The position numbers and the translations under genes were made by a program. Positions 24,363-36,290 of a stretch of DNA of 64,000 nt are shown in pieces; position 1 is the stretch's first letter, and the number at the start of each line of letters is the position of its first letter. Location of the stretch: NCBI GenBank assembly GCA_050575255.1, contig JBNZDD010013655.1, positions 2,575,065 to 2,639,064 of the forward strand, read 5' to 3'. A model generated the notes under the pieces. The model was not told where the DNA came from. It searched no databases and was given only the letters and a program-made list of their open reading frames with translations. This DNA comes from Harriotta raleighana. Lineage: Eukaryota.

Positions 24363-26524
24363 GTTGCTGCCCATCTGGACTGTGATTGTTGGTGAAAGGG
24401 AGCTGCCCCTACACTGCTCATGCAGACACATTGAGTAGTTTGTTGCAGGAGGTGATGGCATAGAGAGGTACAAATCTGTTCCAAACACGACCTGTGAAAT
24501 CATGGGAGCTCCCTGATGTTTCCAGTGGCTGCTGTTAATCCACCAGAAGGCGCCTGGGGAATATTCAAGCTCAGTCTACACTCATACTTTATAAATTCAA
24601 TATATTGTAGGGTATGGACTCAAGGCAGGAATAGTGATACATATATCCATTTCAAAGCATCTCATTAAAGGAAATAGGAAAGTCTGCTCAGGAAAGTCTG
24701 AAGTTGTTGTCTAAATTCCAGCATTTGATTATCGCATCCAGTAGAACAACTAACATATCAATTTCCCATTTCCATATCAGGAGGTACAATTTGCGCTATT
24801 GTGTGGAGAAGCTGTTTTCAGATTGTACACTTTCATAAAAAATGTATTTTTCAATAATTTCATTTTATTTTTCCTCACTTGCTTTCTCAAGGTCATTTGA
24901 AGCTACATCAGTGTCACTGTTCTGCACTAATTAAGGGAAGTTTTATAGCTTTATCGCTTGTGGGGCTGTGTTTCTAAACTCCTATGGGATAGAGACAAGT
25001 GAAATGATACACTGCTCTGGTAGAATGTGCCTTTGCAATATATCCACTACTGTCTGAGCACAGCAGAGATAAGTAGTGGATAAGTGATAGTGGCAACTGC
25101 CCTTGGCACTTTGGCCTCGAAGAGAGATACACTTTTGGATATGAATGAAGAAAAGTTCTATTTATAAAGGAACATTGTAAATTATGCTCCTCTTTACCTG
25201 TGTGCGCTGTTAAAGCCTTACTAATCTTGTTACCCCTGCAATGGCCTGCATGATGTCAGGAGATTGTGGGTCACCTACTTTAGGTGCTTGAGGCTGACAC
25301 TTTATCGCAATCCCAGGGGTTTGCTGTATTATCAGTGGGGTCATGCTTCGGATGGGATATTAAGCTAAAGTTCAATCTCCACGTTCATGCAATTTTTAAA
25401 GATCCATGAAATTATACAAAACCAAAATGGATTTCCTTCGTGAAGTCTTCCCAATAATCTTTGAAAGGAAATTATTCATTCAGTTCAACAACAATTACCA
25501 CTTGCACAGTGCTCTCCATGCCAGATTGCATCTCAGAGCTCTTAAAATTCATAAATAGTTCATAGCTGTTTGGGGTTGTATTGAATTTAGATTCTTTGTG
25601 TACAAAGTCACATTTTTTTACCCACAGTGGGGGAGGTGGCCGTATGCATGTTGAAGAGAAAGGTCAGCGCTTTGGGACGTCTTCCTGACACGAAAGGCAC
25701 CACACAAATGTCATTTTATTGTTGTTTCCAGGAAGGACATGAAAAATACTTGGTATAGGCTGGATTATACCAAATGTATTATTGTTATCTCATCCAAAGG
25801 TCACCATGTCTGTCAAAGCAGCGCTTCCCTAGTACTTAAACTGTGAATTTAAAGTCTCAATCTTTTCTATGATCAAGTATTTCTGGCTTCAATACAGCTA
25901 AATAATTATTAGTAACAAAATTAATTTCACTAAAAGCAAAGTTGAAATGGTTTGTGAAGTATGGATCAGTAATGTACCAGATTATAGTGCATAGTATCCA
26001 ACATTTTCTTTAAACTATATTTTAACTCTGAATTTAATTAACCTGACAGCATCAACAGGTTTGAAGAACCATACTCACATTTGCAGTCAAAACAAGCATC
26101 GGTTGCAGGAAGCTAGCACAGTATGATTTTATACCATTGCAATATTAGCTTGGGGTTGAGAAACAAATGTCAGAATTCCTGTCAGATTTGTCACCTTTCT
26201 CAACACTCATTCAGTGACAGTGTAACTCCTGTCCTGAAAATAATAATTTGACAGAACAAAGTACAGCAGCACCCGTCAAACCAGAAAAGGACAACATGGG
26301 ATTGGATTGAGATAGTTTATCTAAAGTAGATTTGATCCTGCAAAATATTACTTAATAGTAATTATAGGTGGGAATTACAATTACCTGTGTTAAATACACA
26401 ATGTTTAGTTCAATAATCTACCCTCACATTCCGAGCAAGTAGCTATGGCCTGAAATCTCAAGAACCAAACTAATGAAAGTGCTTAGTGTCAGGTTTTTTT
26501 TGTGCGTGTTGACTGGCACTTATA

Positions 26525-26758
26525 TAATAATCATTTTAATCCTGGCATTTGAAATAGCATCTGATCATGTCATCAAAATGTCTCAAAGCACTTCACAAAA
26601 TATAAAGGAAAATAATGTGTACATTCTATTGGCAAATGTGGTGGTCAATATGTGCATGAAACTTTCCGACAAAGAGCCATGAACGACTGACCAAACAGCC
26701 ATGAAGTGAATGACCAATTTTATTAGGGAGAATGTTGAGAAGGAAACCAGGAGAATCC

Positions 26759-26830
<72 letters not shown>

Positions 26831-27170
26831 NNNNNNNNNNNNNNNNNNNNNNNNNNNCACTTTATTTTTGAATGGTTCCATTGGATCTTTAACATTCACC
26901 TGGACCAATAGACAAGACCTTAGTTTGACATCTCAGCTGAAGGAAGGCACCGCTAANATTTTTGAATGGTTCCATTGGATCTTTAACATTCACCTAGACA
27001 AATAGACAAGACCTTAGTTTGACATCTCAGCTGAAGGAAGGCACCGCTAACATTGCATCACATCCCCTACAATGCAGTGTCAGTATACACTATATAAATT
27101 CCAAATTATGACATAGGGCTGACTATCTTTTGACTCAGAGACAAGAGTGCCACCAACTGAGCTGATTGAT
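26525..27170 (-). mobile_element. Deu-domain SINE, near full length, broken by a poly-C run and assembly gap
   Basis: Antisense tail AATCCTGGCATTTGA, Deu domain GGATCTTTAACATTCACCT...CATCTCAGCTGAAGGAAGGCACC, head TGACTCAGAGACAAGAGTGCCACCAACTGAGC. Confidence 0.75.
26760..26857. other. Poly-C run (26760-26830) and N gap (26831-26857)
   Basis: Seen directly; run length is unreliable because it abuts a gap. Confidence 0.9.
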
Positions 27171-27594
27171 AACCCGAATATCATTAACCCCCTCCCTACT
27201 GCTTGGGTGCTATGTTACCTATGTGAAGTGCTTTATGATGTTTTTTCTGATGGAAAAGAGTTACATCAATGTAAACCATTTATTTACAAAATTATATATA
27301 TGTATTGGTCAGGAACAATAACAACAGCAACTGCGTTAGCGCCCTCCACGCCAGACGGCATTTCAGAGTTTATTTGCAAATATCAGCATCATATTTACCT
27401 TTCCAACATAACACAGATGGAGCATTTTTCCTCACTCACAGAATCTGATCAATGCAATACAATGCAGCTTGTGTTGGGAGGAATGGGCAAGCAGGATGTT
27501 GTCATAAAGCTGGTCCAAATGTTCAGTAAAATGGCCATTTTCCTTCACAGCAATTTTGAAGTGTATTATTACTGTGGCAACACAGCATGAGAAA

Positions 27595-27776
27595 TAAAAC
27601 TAACCTGCCTAAATCCAGCTCACGTTCCCTATCAGTGGGTGAACAATCCAACATTTTGTGAATTCTGCTTCACAATGATAGGAAGAGCTGACATTGAGGG
27701 ATCAAATTGCAACATCACCATGATCACTTGGCTGCCACCAGCCCATTATCCCTGTGGTCACAACGCCTGCTTAAAA
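27595..27776 (-). pseudogene. 28S rRNA fragment (domain V, peptidyl-transferase region), decayed
   Basis: CCAGCTCACGTTCCCTATCAGTGGGTGAACAATCCAAC...GTGAATTCTGCTTCACAATGATAGGAAGAGC...TTATCCCTGTGGT is the antisense of conserved eukaryotic LSU rRNA, with substitutions and two deletions. Confidence 0.9.
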
Positions 27777-28204
27777 AAGAATCCTACCATTTGTGTCACT
27801 TTTCTTCTCATCATTTTTGCCGGGCATTGATCGGTTTTATACAGAGGATTTGACTGAATGAAAAGAAATCAAACAAAATTCAGTCACTAGCTATCTTACA
27901 GCAGCTAGAGCTGATCATAATAAAAAGGAACAAATCAAACAACATAATGGAAATATACTAATATGCTAAACTGAGCGAAGGCCACAGAAAGTATTATTCG
28001 GTGTTCTGTAAAATGAGTTAACCCTTCTGCAGGGTTTTAATTAAAAGGGAAAATTACTGTTTGATAGAATGCTTTCAATGCAATAAGACTGCTTTCTTAA
28101 AAACTTTCTGATTGGGAAAAATAAATTATCTTTTTAAATTTACATTCAAAGTCTTTGAAAGCCGTGCCTTTTAGGATCCCAGTGTTATTCAGCTGATGTG
28201 AGCA

Positions 28205-28334
28205 ATGGGATTGTCAGTGTACGGCTCCACAAAATCAGAAGGGAATGAGTGTGACGCAGTCATGCCAAAAGAGATCATTGCTAAAAATGGATGCAATCTG
28301 GATCACTCCCTGCTTTATCGAGAATCACTCACAG
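28205..28334 (+). CDS. Candidate first coding exon, MGLSVYGSTKSEGNECDAVMPKEIIAKNGCNLDHSLLYRESLT, phase-1 donor
   Basis: In-frame TGA at 28199, GCAATGG Kozak context, 43 open codons, consensus donor CAG|GTAAGT, non-repetitive context, possible acceptor CCTTTTAG ending 28174. Confidence 0.45.
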
Positions 28335-29017
28335 GTAAGTAGCCTATCAGGATTATCAGCTCTACAAGAGATGGCAGGTTGGCCTGAAAGCCCAGATGTT
28401 TGTATAATATAATGCAAATTTATGCTGCAATTGCTAGCAAGCATAGCCACCTATTTTGATGTGAGATCACAAACCAGATCATGTGAAGGATTTGAGATCA
28501 CTCTCTATATACCCCAATTTGTGAGTTTGGAATCTGATAAGTCAGAGTTCAAGTGGTATTTGCATATATTTAACTTCTCACCATTATCAAATGGTTTAAG
28601 AGAACAGGCTGAAACCTCCACATGACGTGATTTTATGTCTGTCAGTAGGAGGCAAGGCAAGTGATGTTAATAATGTGCTTATTGAGATTCATGTGGGTTT
28701 TGAAGTAATAAAGAATTGTGTGAAATGGTGAACGGGTTCAGACGTACAGGAAAAATAGAGAGGATGTGACAGCAGAAAGGAAGAAAGAAAAAAGAATGAA
28801 GCAGTGCAATATCTGAACGAATGTCAGCAGAATGGTTAAATTAGAAGGAATAAATAAAAAAAAGGGAAGGTGATGAGGCTCACAGATCTTAGTCTTAAGA
28901 CATATATCGTAGAGTGTAAGATAATGGAAAGAAATTTGTATGCTTCCATCATCTTGGATAACTTGATCCTCCACTTCACCTTTTCCTGCTCCATCTTTGC
29001 CAACTTATCATCTCCTG

Positions 29018-30180
29018 ACACAACAACAATGACTTGCACTTTTATAGCACCATGCAGGGCAGTGTCTCTGAGTGTAGTGTAGAACAGTGGCGAAGCATGG
29101 TTCTGAGCTGGGATTGGGGAGTGGGAGCTGGGGTGAAGGGGGGAGGGAGGCGGGTTTGTCAGAGGTGACCATAAAGTACTGTCAAAAAGGAGACCGGCGA
29201 GGAGTGTGTTGGAGTAATTGAGGCGGGAAGTGACAAATGCATGCTCTAAGGTTTTGGTCGCACTTGAGATAAGGTAAGGTCAGAGGTAGACAATGAGAAA
29301 GGACAACTGGGGGTTGAACTGGATGCCTAGATTGTGCTGGGTCTGAGGGAAAGTCCAGGGAGGGTGAAGAGTTGAGATCTGCAGGAGTGAAGACATTGAC
29401 GGGAGCCAAGAGTGTGGCTGAAAGTAGCAGCAAGTTTACACTCTTCCAGACACTGAAGTTGTTGTTGTTGATGTCTGCCAAACCAGCTGATAAAACATTG
29501 GTGGACCTGGAGTTGATGCTGGAGGAGGTAAAGTAGGTTTGTGTATCATCCACATACATATGGAAGTTTATCCAGTGCTTGTGGATGACATCACCAAGAG
29601 AGAGAATACAGTGAAGAAAAGAAGAGGGTCAAGGATGGAGCCCTGGGTACCCTACAAGTGACTGTGTGGGGGCAGGACGTGAAACTATTTGCCAAGATGA
29701 AGTGGAGGCAGTTGCTAAGTAGAATTTGAGCCATGCAAGTATGGTCCCAGAAAGGTAGATGAGAGAGAAGAGGCGGTAGAGGAGGATGGCCTGATCAATG
29801 GTGTTCAACATAGCAGAGAAATCCAGGGTACGAGGAGGCAGAATGAGGTCTGGTCACAGATAGAGAGAATGTTGTTCATGACTTTGAAAACTGCTATCCC
29901 TGTGCTGTGGACAGGGTGAAAATCAGACTGCAGAGGTTCGAGGGATTGGAGGGAGAGGTATGACCAAAATTGACTTGCATAAAGCATTCCTGGATTTTAG
30001 CAAGGAAGGGTAAATTGGAAATGGGACAGTAGTATGAGAGATTAGAGGGCTCGATCAGGAGAAGTCGAACAGAGCCTGAGGAAAGAGACTGATTGACCAT
30101 GTCAGTCAACAGGGAGAAGAGGAATGGGAGTGGAGTGATCAGTAGCTGGATGGGAGGGGGTCGAGGTAGCAGGTGATGAA
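29018..30180 (-). mobile_element. L2 LINE, heavily decayed RT region
   Basis: MYVDDTQTYF, YCPISNLPFLAK, LQSDFHPVHST; CAACAAC tail at about 29020. Confidence 0.85.
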
Positions 30181-30786
30181 CACATAGCACTTAATGGTAA
30201 ATGTTTTCCAATGTTATCCCACTGGAATTTTATCAATGGAAGGATGCTTAGTTGTTTGCAGCATTTTGCATTAATTGTTGTCACAACTTTATTGTTCCTG
30301 GCTGTTAATTCCCTTGCACTGAACACAAATTCATATGAATGATGAATAGCAGAAGGTAATATATTGATGCTTACATTGCAGATGTGAGAATGGATACATA
30401 TCCTGGATGGTTTGATTACTTCATGAGGGAGAACGTATGAAAAACATTCCTGTTGATTTAGGAAGAGTTCATAATATGATAGCTTTTATTCTTATTCGTG
30501 GTTTCTTATATTTTTTACTTTTTATAACATATTTTGATTTATGAATCCCTGCAGCACATTTTCAAATTAGAACCAAATATAACTTTGGCATTTGCAAGTT
30601 TACGTTTGTGTTCCATTTGTGTTTGGTAGCTGAAAGTATGAATAGGCAGCTGCTCCTCAGCCCTGATAATGTCAGTACGCTATTGGATTACAGCTCAAAT
30701 ACCAAGAATTATGTATTTACACTGAGGTTAAACAACAGCTGGAATGGATTACCAAGAAGACTGCTTAATCAGAATACTGGACCTAT

Positions 30787-31108
30787 GAGCTCCTGTGGTT
30801 TAGTGGTTAGAGCACTTGTCTTATAAGCATGAGACCTGTGTTTGAATCCCGGCAGATCAGGGCAAAACCTTGGGCAAGTTTCCTTACTCCACATGCCTAA
30901 TAATAATCGCTCCAAAAATACAACAATAATAAAATTGGTCATTTCAATCCATGAATGTTTGTGGGACACTGCTGTGCGCAATTGGCTGCCGCATTGTGCC
31001 CAGAAATATACAGTCAATTCACTTTACAGTATATTCTGTGAAGCGCTTTGGGACGTTGATAAGATGTGAAAAGCGCTATATCAAATGCAAGGATTATTAT
31101 TATTATTA
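30787..31108 (+). mobile_element. Young tRNA-derived SINE, full length, apparently inside an old CR1 3' remnant (about 30700-31215)
   Basis: Same family as 13608 and 20047; flanks resemble CR1 (AACAGCTGGAATGGATTACCA before, CATATGGGTCAAGGGAC after). Confidence 0.9.
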
Positions 31109-32174
31109 TATATAAACAGCTGTGATACTGAAGCAGATTGGTTGGATTTTCTGGAAGATATGAGATCATATGGGTCAAGGGACTGTTTTTATTTCAACCA
31201 CTCCCTATGATGTTTAGAGGAGGTATGTAAAAATTGAGTGAAGCTTTCATTCCCTCCCTCCCTGCCTCCAATCACTCCAACTACTTTCTCCTGGCAACTA
31301 CAGATGGACAACAATGCATTCTCCACATCCTGAGAATTGGTAATTTGCTATTGATTGTAAGACACAGAAAGACATCTCTGTGGAACAATATTTTTGGCTT
31401 CAGCGTGTTCAATCACTGTACCACTCCACAAAACAGTTAAGCTTTAATTTCTTTCATTCAATGTTAAGAGTCCAGTCAGCAGCTTGGCCAATTTCTTGGT
31501 ATGACCATCCAGAAAGTGATCACTTGAGTCTGTTTATGTTCTTGGCAGCTTCATTTTGTAGCTTGCAATTAAGAAGGTGGAGGAATGGATGTTCCTGCAG
31601 ATCTTTGCCAAGAAGGCAGTGATATACCTCATAGCTTCCTTTATGCTGGCTGGAGACATTACACTTGCCTTCTGCTCCATTCTTTGACAAAAGCCTGCCC
31701 ATTTTGGGAGCCATTGTTGAAAGGGGCCATCTGTTAGGGAAAGTGCCATTGTTTTGAGCAACAAGATGATGCCATAGGGGCAATTGAGGGAAGGAAACAT
31801 TATCCAATCACTAGGAGTCTGGCAGACAAGTTAGAGGTAGGGGAGGGTGTCTGATCAGATATTTTGGCTATAGCATACTCCGTGACTAAACATTAAAGTA
31901 AATCCTGTGAAGCACTTTGCGATGTAATCTTGGCATGAAAGGTTCAAATGCAAGAATTATTTATTTCTTATTCATAACATTTATTTATTTATGTCTGAAG
32001 GATGCAATGTGTGAAAATAAAGTTTCAGTTGAAGAAATCATACCCCATCCTACATGTGCCTATCCTACCATGTTGGTTTCCTCTATAGTAGGTATATTAA
32101 TATCAACAATACTTTCTATAATAGTTTTAAAGCAAGCTAAAACTGTAAAAGTTGCAAATAAATAAATGGTGGTA

Positions 32175-33272
32175 TCAACATTAGGAAGGCTAATGGCATC
32201 CTGGCGTTCATTGCAGAAGGGTTAGTGTGCAAGAGTAGAGAAATCTTGCTGCAATTGTATAGGGCTTTGGTGAGACTGCACCTAGAATATTGTGTGTTAT
32301 GGTCTTGTCCTCGTCTTCAACTTCAAGGCCGTTCACGGCCTTGCCCCCACCTATCTCCCTGACCTGCTGTCTCCCTCTCAGCCTGACCCCACTCTCTGTA
32401 CAGCAGACTCAGGCCTGCTCCGTGTCCACCACCCTAACATCCCAACCATCAGTGGGGCTTTCAGCCTCTCTGCCCCCACACTTTGGAACTCCAACCCGCC
32501 GTCCCTCCACCTTGCTTCCCTTTCCTCCTTCAAGGCCGGTCTCAAGACCTTCCTCTTCGACCGCGCCTTCGGCTCCCCCCCCTAACTCTTCCCTCTTTCC
32601 CACTCTCCTTCCCCCAACCCCCGACTGCCCCCTCCCCAACCCACTCCCCCACCCGCTCGGGTCCCGACCTGACTGTTCAGCGCTTTGGGACATCCTTTCG
32701 ACATGAAAGGCACTATACAAGTGTAATTTTGTTGTTGTTGTCTCCTTATTTAAGAAAGGACATATTTGCCTTAGAGGGGGTGCAGTGTAGATTCACTATG
32801 GTGATTCCTGGGATGGTGGGGTTGACCTATGAAGACAGATTGAATAAACCATGGCCTGTATTCTCTAGAAGATAGACGAATTAGAGGTGATCGTAAAGAA
32901 ACCTACAAGATTCTTAAGGGGCTTGACAGAGTAGACAGTGTGAGACTGTTTCCCCTGGTTGGAAAATCTAAAACTAATGGTCACAGTTATCAAGATTGGG
33001 GGTCAGCCTTTTCAAACAAAGTTGAGGAAGCATTTCTTCACTCAGAGGGTAGTGAATTTATGGGAATCTCTATTCCAGAATGCTGTGGATGCTCAGTCCT
33101 TGAACATATTCAAGAGTGAGAATGATAGATATCTAAAGGTTAGATGGATTATGGGATATGGAGATAGGGCGGGTAAATGAAATTAGGTTAGAAGATCAGC
33201 CACTTATTAAATGGCGGGACAGGCTTGAAGGGCTGAATAGCCTAAACCTGCTCCTATTTCTTATGTTCTTAT
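32175..33272 (+). mobile_element. CR1 LINE 3' portion interrupted by L2
   Basis: LYRALVRLHLEYCV, SPYLRKDIFALEGVQCRFT, RKHFFTQRVVNLW; 3' GGGCTGAATAGCCT...TTCTTATGTTCTTATG. Confidence 0.9.
32305..32740 (+). mobile_element. L2 3' fragment, tail type A, nested in CR1
   Basis: FKAVHGLAPTYL...APTLWNS...FKAGLKTFLF; (TTG)n tail joins straight back to CR1. Confidence 0.9.
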
Positions 33273-34517
33273 GTAACATCGCTTGCCTTTACTGTCACCT
33301 TTCACTTCCCTCTAGCTCGGACCCAGGCACCGCCATCAGGAAGTGCTTTGAGACACCTTTATATCAATGTAAGTTGTTGTTGTTGTTGTTGTTGTTCATT
33401 AAATTTGTCCAATTAAGTGATACCATGAATTTCTTTACACTCTGGAATCTCTCCAGGATTGTAAAATGGGTTATCTTATTTCACTCTCCAAATTTTACGC
33501 CTTTGATGTTTTCTCTCTCTCTCTCAACCATAAATAACTATCAGGGGTTGTACAATAATGAGCAGAAGTGCAACCAATCACTGATTTTCACCAACCAGGT
33601 ATTCAGTCTTTACAGCAGGCCCAGATTTGACCAGGTCAGAATAGATCAAAGAATGATTATTCCCATATGTATGACTCAGTTATGTATGATTGAATACATT
33701 TACTCAGTCACTAAATGTGTTTCTTATTTTTTTTTATAAACATAGCAATAGAAGTATGTCTATATAGTATATATTAGTGTCAATTCTGCTTAACAAGATT
33801 CATTATTCATTTAAAACATTGAGATATTGTCTCTGTGTGCTTCAGTTGAAAGGCATATGCAGGTGATTAAACACATCAGAATTTCTATTGCACTTGAGTG
33901 AACGAAAACTATATTTTAACTGGAGCAAATGGCAGTCATTTAGGCAAAAATTCAAGCATATTTAAAAAACATCAGAGCTTCATTCCCTTTCATTTACCCA
34001 TATGTTCTCAATAAAGAATTGTTCCTTATCCAGGGTGAGACTTATTTTTCTAATTCAATATATAATATGGCTATCTGTTCAAAAGTAATCACTGCAAATG
34101 TATAAGTAATTGCACATTGATTCTACAAACAGGAAACAATTCTCATGGAAAGAAATATTTGATCTACTGTAAACTCAGAATGCATACATATGTCAAGTGA
34201 TAGATGAGTTCAGTTCCTTTGGGAAAATTTGGGAATATTTTGCTTCCTGGACTTGAAACGCCAAGTAGCTATGACCAGAGGCTGTAGATATACCAGCTGA
34301 CTTCCACTTGAGGATTTTTAGAGGAAAATAGTGGGCCACTATATCTAACTTTATATTTACCAATAATAATGATATCAATAGTAATAATAATAAACCTTGC
34401 ATTTGATATAGCACATCACATCTTCTGGACATCTCAAAGCGCTTCACAAAATATGTGGTGAAATGTGCGTGAAACGCGGCAGCCAGCACACATAAACACA
34501 CACACACACATATATGT

Positions 34518-35165
34518 ACAACAACAATAACAAAATTACATTTATAGAGCACCTTTCACATCGGGAGGACATCCCAAGGCGCTGAATAGTCAGGTTGGGC
34601 CCCGAGCGGGGTGTGGGGGTGTAAGGATAGTAGAAGAGGGGGGAGAGTTAGGAGGGGAGCAGGAGGCATGGTTGAAGAGTAAGGTCTTGAGACTGGCCTA
34701 TAAGAAGGAATAGGAGGAACCGAGGTGAAGGAATTGAGAGATGGAGTTCCAGAGTGTGGGGGCAGAAAGGCTGAAAGACCGGTTGCTGATGGTAGGGCGG
34801 TTCGGATGGGGATGTGGAGCAAGCCAGAGCCCGCTGAATGGAGGGAATGGGCAGGCTGATAGGGAGACAGTAGGTTGGAGAGATAGGCAGGGGCAAGGCC
34901 ATGAATGGCCTTGAAAGTGAGAACGAGGATTTTGAAGAGTTCTGAATAATCTGCAGCTTGTGAAGGGAGGAGCTGGGAAAGTGACGAGGAGAGACGAGGA
35001 GATATATATAAACTATGCTCTTTATCTTGCATTAAAGAGGANAAATGGGAAGCCAGTGGAGACGGGCAAGGGTGGGAGTGATGTGGTCTCGGAACCTATT
35101 GCAGGATAGTACAGAGTTCTGAATAATCTGCAGCTTGTGAAGGGAGGAGCTGGGAAAGTGACGAG
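34518..35165 (-). mobile_element. L2 3' fragment, tail type A
   Basis: FKILVLTFKAIHGLAPAYLSNLL; CAACAACAATAACAAAATTAC tail. Confidence 0.88.
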
Positions 35166-35693
35166 GAGAGACGAGGAGATATATATAAACTATGCTCTTT
35201 ATCTTGCATTAAAGAGGAAATAAATGATCCTCACACAAGCACACATGGTATAATGCATTGCCAATAGCAATAGCCCTGGCCATAATACATAGTTCATAAC
35301 TTAGCATCTTTTTACTATTTAACTAAACTTAGTATGATACTTTGCAAACAAGCACTGCTTTCCTATTGATATAAACTATAGCATAATGTTACTTTGGCCA
35401 TCTATTTGATATTTATCAGGTCAGATGCTTTGGAGTCACCTTTTGCATCCCCCACACCTCCTCCTCCCAACACACATCCAAGTATTGTCTTTTATGGTTT
35501 GATTTATTAGAAGCTAGTTGGTATTTCATTCATGGCAAGTGAAGGCGCAATGTGTGAAACAAAAGTCTAATGCTTCTTGGAAGGCCTAATATTTAATTGA
35601 GAATGGTCTTCAGTGAAAGAATACATCTTGAGTACATTGAATATATTGAATGAAATGCTAAATTAACCGCATTGTTTTCTGTAATCTAGCAAT

Positions 35694-36290
35694 CAACAAC
35701 AACAACAACAACTAGGATTTATATAGCGCCCTTCATGCCAGGTGGCATCTCAAAGCACTTCAGAAAAACGGATCCTGGGGCTGAGCCAGTTGGAGNTAGG
35801 ATTTATATAGCGCCCTTCACGCCAGACGACATCTCAAAGCACTTCAGAAAAACGGATCCTGGGGCTGAGCCAGTTGGAGGGGGAAAGGTGACCAGAGCCT
35901 CGGGGCGTAGTGGATGAAGGCATGGCGGTTGATGGTGGAACGGAGGATTCGGGGGACAAGAAGGAGGCCAGACACGGTAGAGAAAAGGCAATGCGTACTT
36001 TTATGAGGAGAGAGGAAATCAGAGAGGTGGGGATGGTGGTGGTGCAGAGGAGTGTAGGGATTTGAATACAAGAGTGAGGATATTAAAATTAATCCGCTCT
36101 GAGACAAGGAGCCAGTGAAGGCTGGCAAGGACTGGGGTAATCGGGGAGCAAAGTTTATTTTGAGTGAGAATGCAGGTGGCAGAATTTTGAATAATCTGGA
36201 TTTGATGAATGGTGATGGAGAAAAGACTGGTGATGAAGGCCAGCTGAGAGGTTACATTGAGGTGTTGGTGAGGGACCGGATGTCAATCTT
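35694..36290 (-). mobile_element. L2 3' fragment, tail type B
   Basis: (CAA)n tail, ATTTATATAGCGCCCTTCA...TCTCAAAGCACTTCA...CGGATCC. Confidence 0.85.

Noticed and set aside
24540-24553. CCACCAGAAGGCGC CTCF-like motif
   Set aside because: Mismatch in the conserved G-rich core; weaker than the 58354 site
26626-26908. Poly-glycine ORFs
   Set aside because: Translation of a poly-C run beside a gap; possibly a sequencing artefact
31500-31810. Overlapping minus-strand ORFs with protein-like composition
   Set aside because: No recognisable domain; the plus strand gives KVEEWMFLQ, faintly like the L2 RT motif, so an ancient TE remnant or chance is more likely
33158-33739. 193-aa ORF (likewise 37511-38098 and 43218-43796)
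   Set aside because: Runs across TE ends or AT-rich DNA, with no recognisable domain or splice structure
4175-35880. Near-perfect tandem duplications of about 60-200 bp flanking single Ns (4281, 4530, 11953, 15996, 16994, 19017, 19400, 19796, 19874, 26957, 35796)
   Set aside because: Each is split by an N and differs by at most a few bases; this is the signature of unmerged overlapping contig ends or alleles, not biological repeats or a CRISPR-like array
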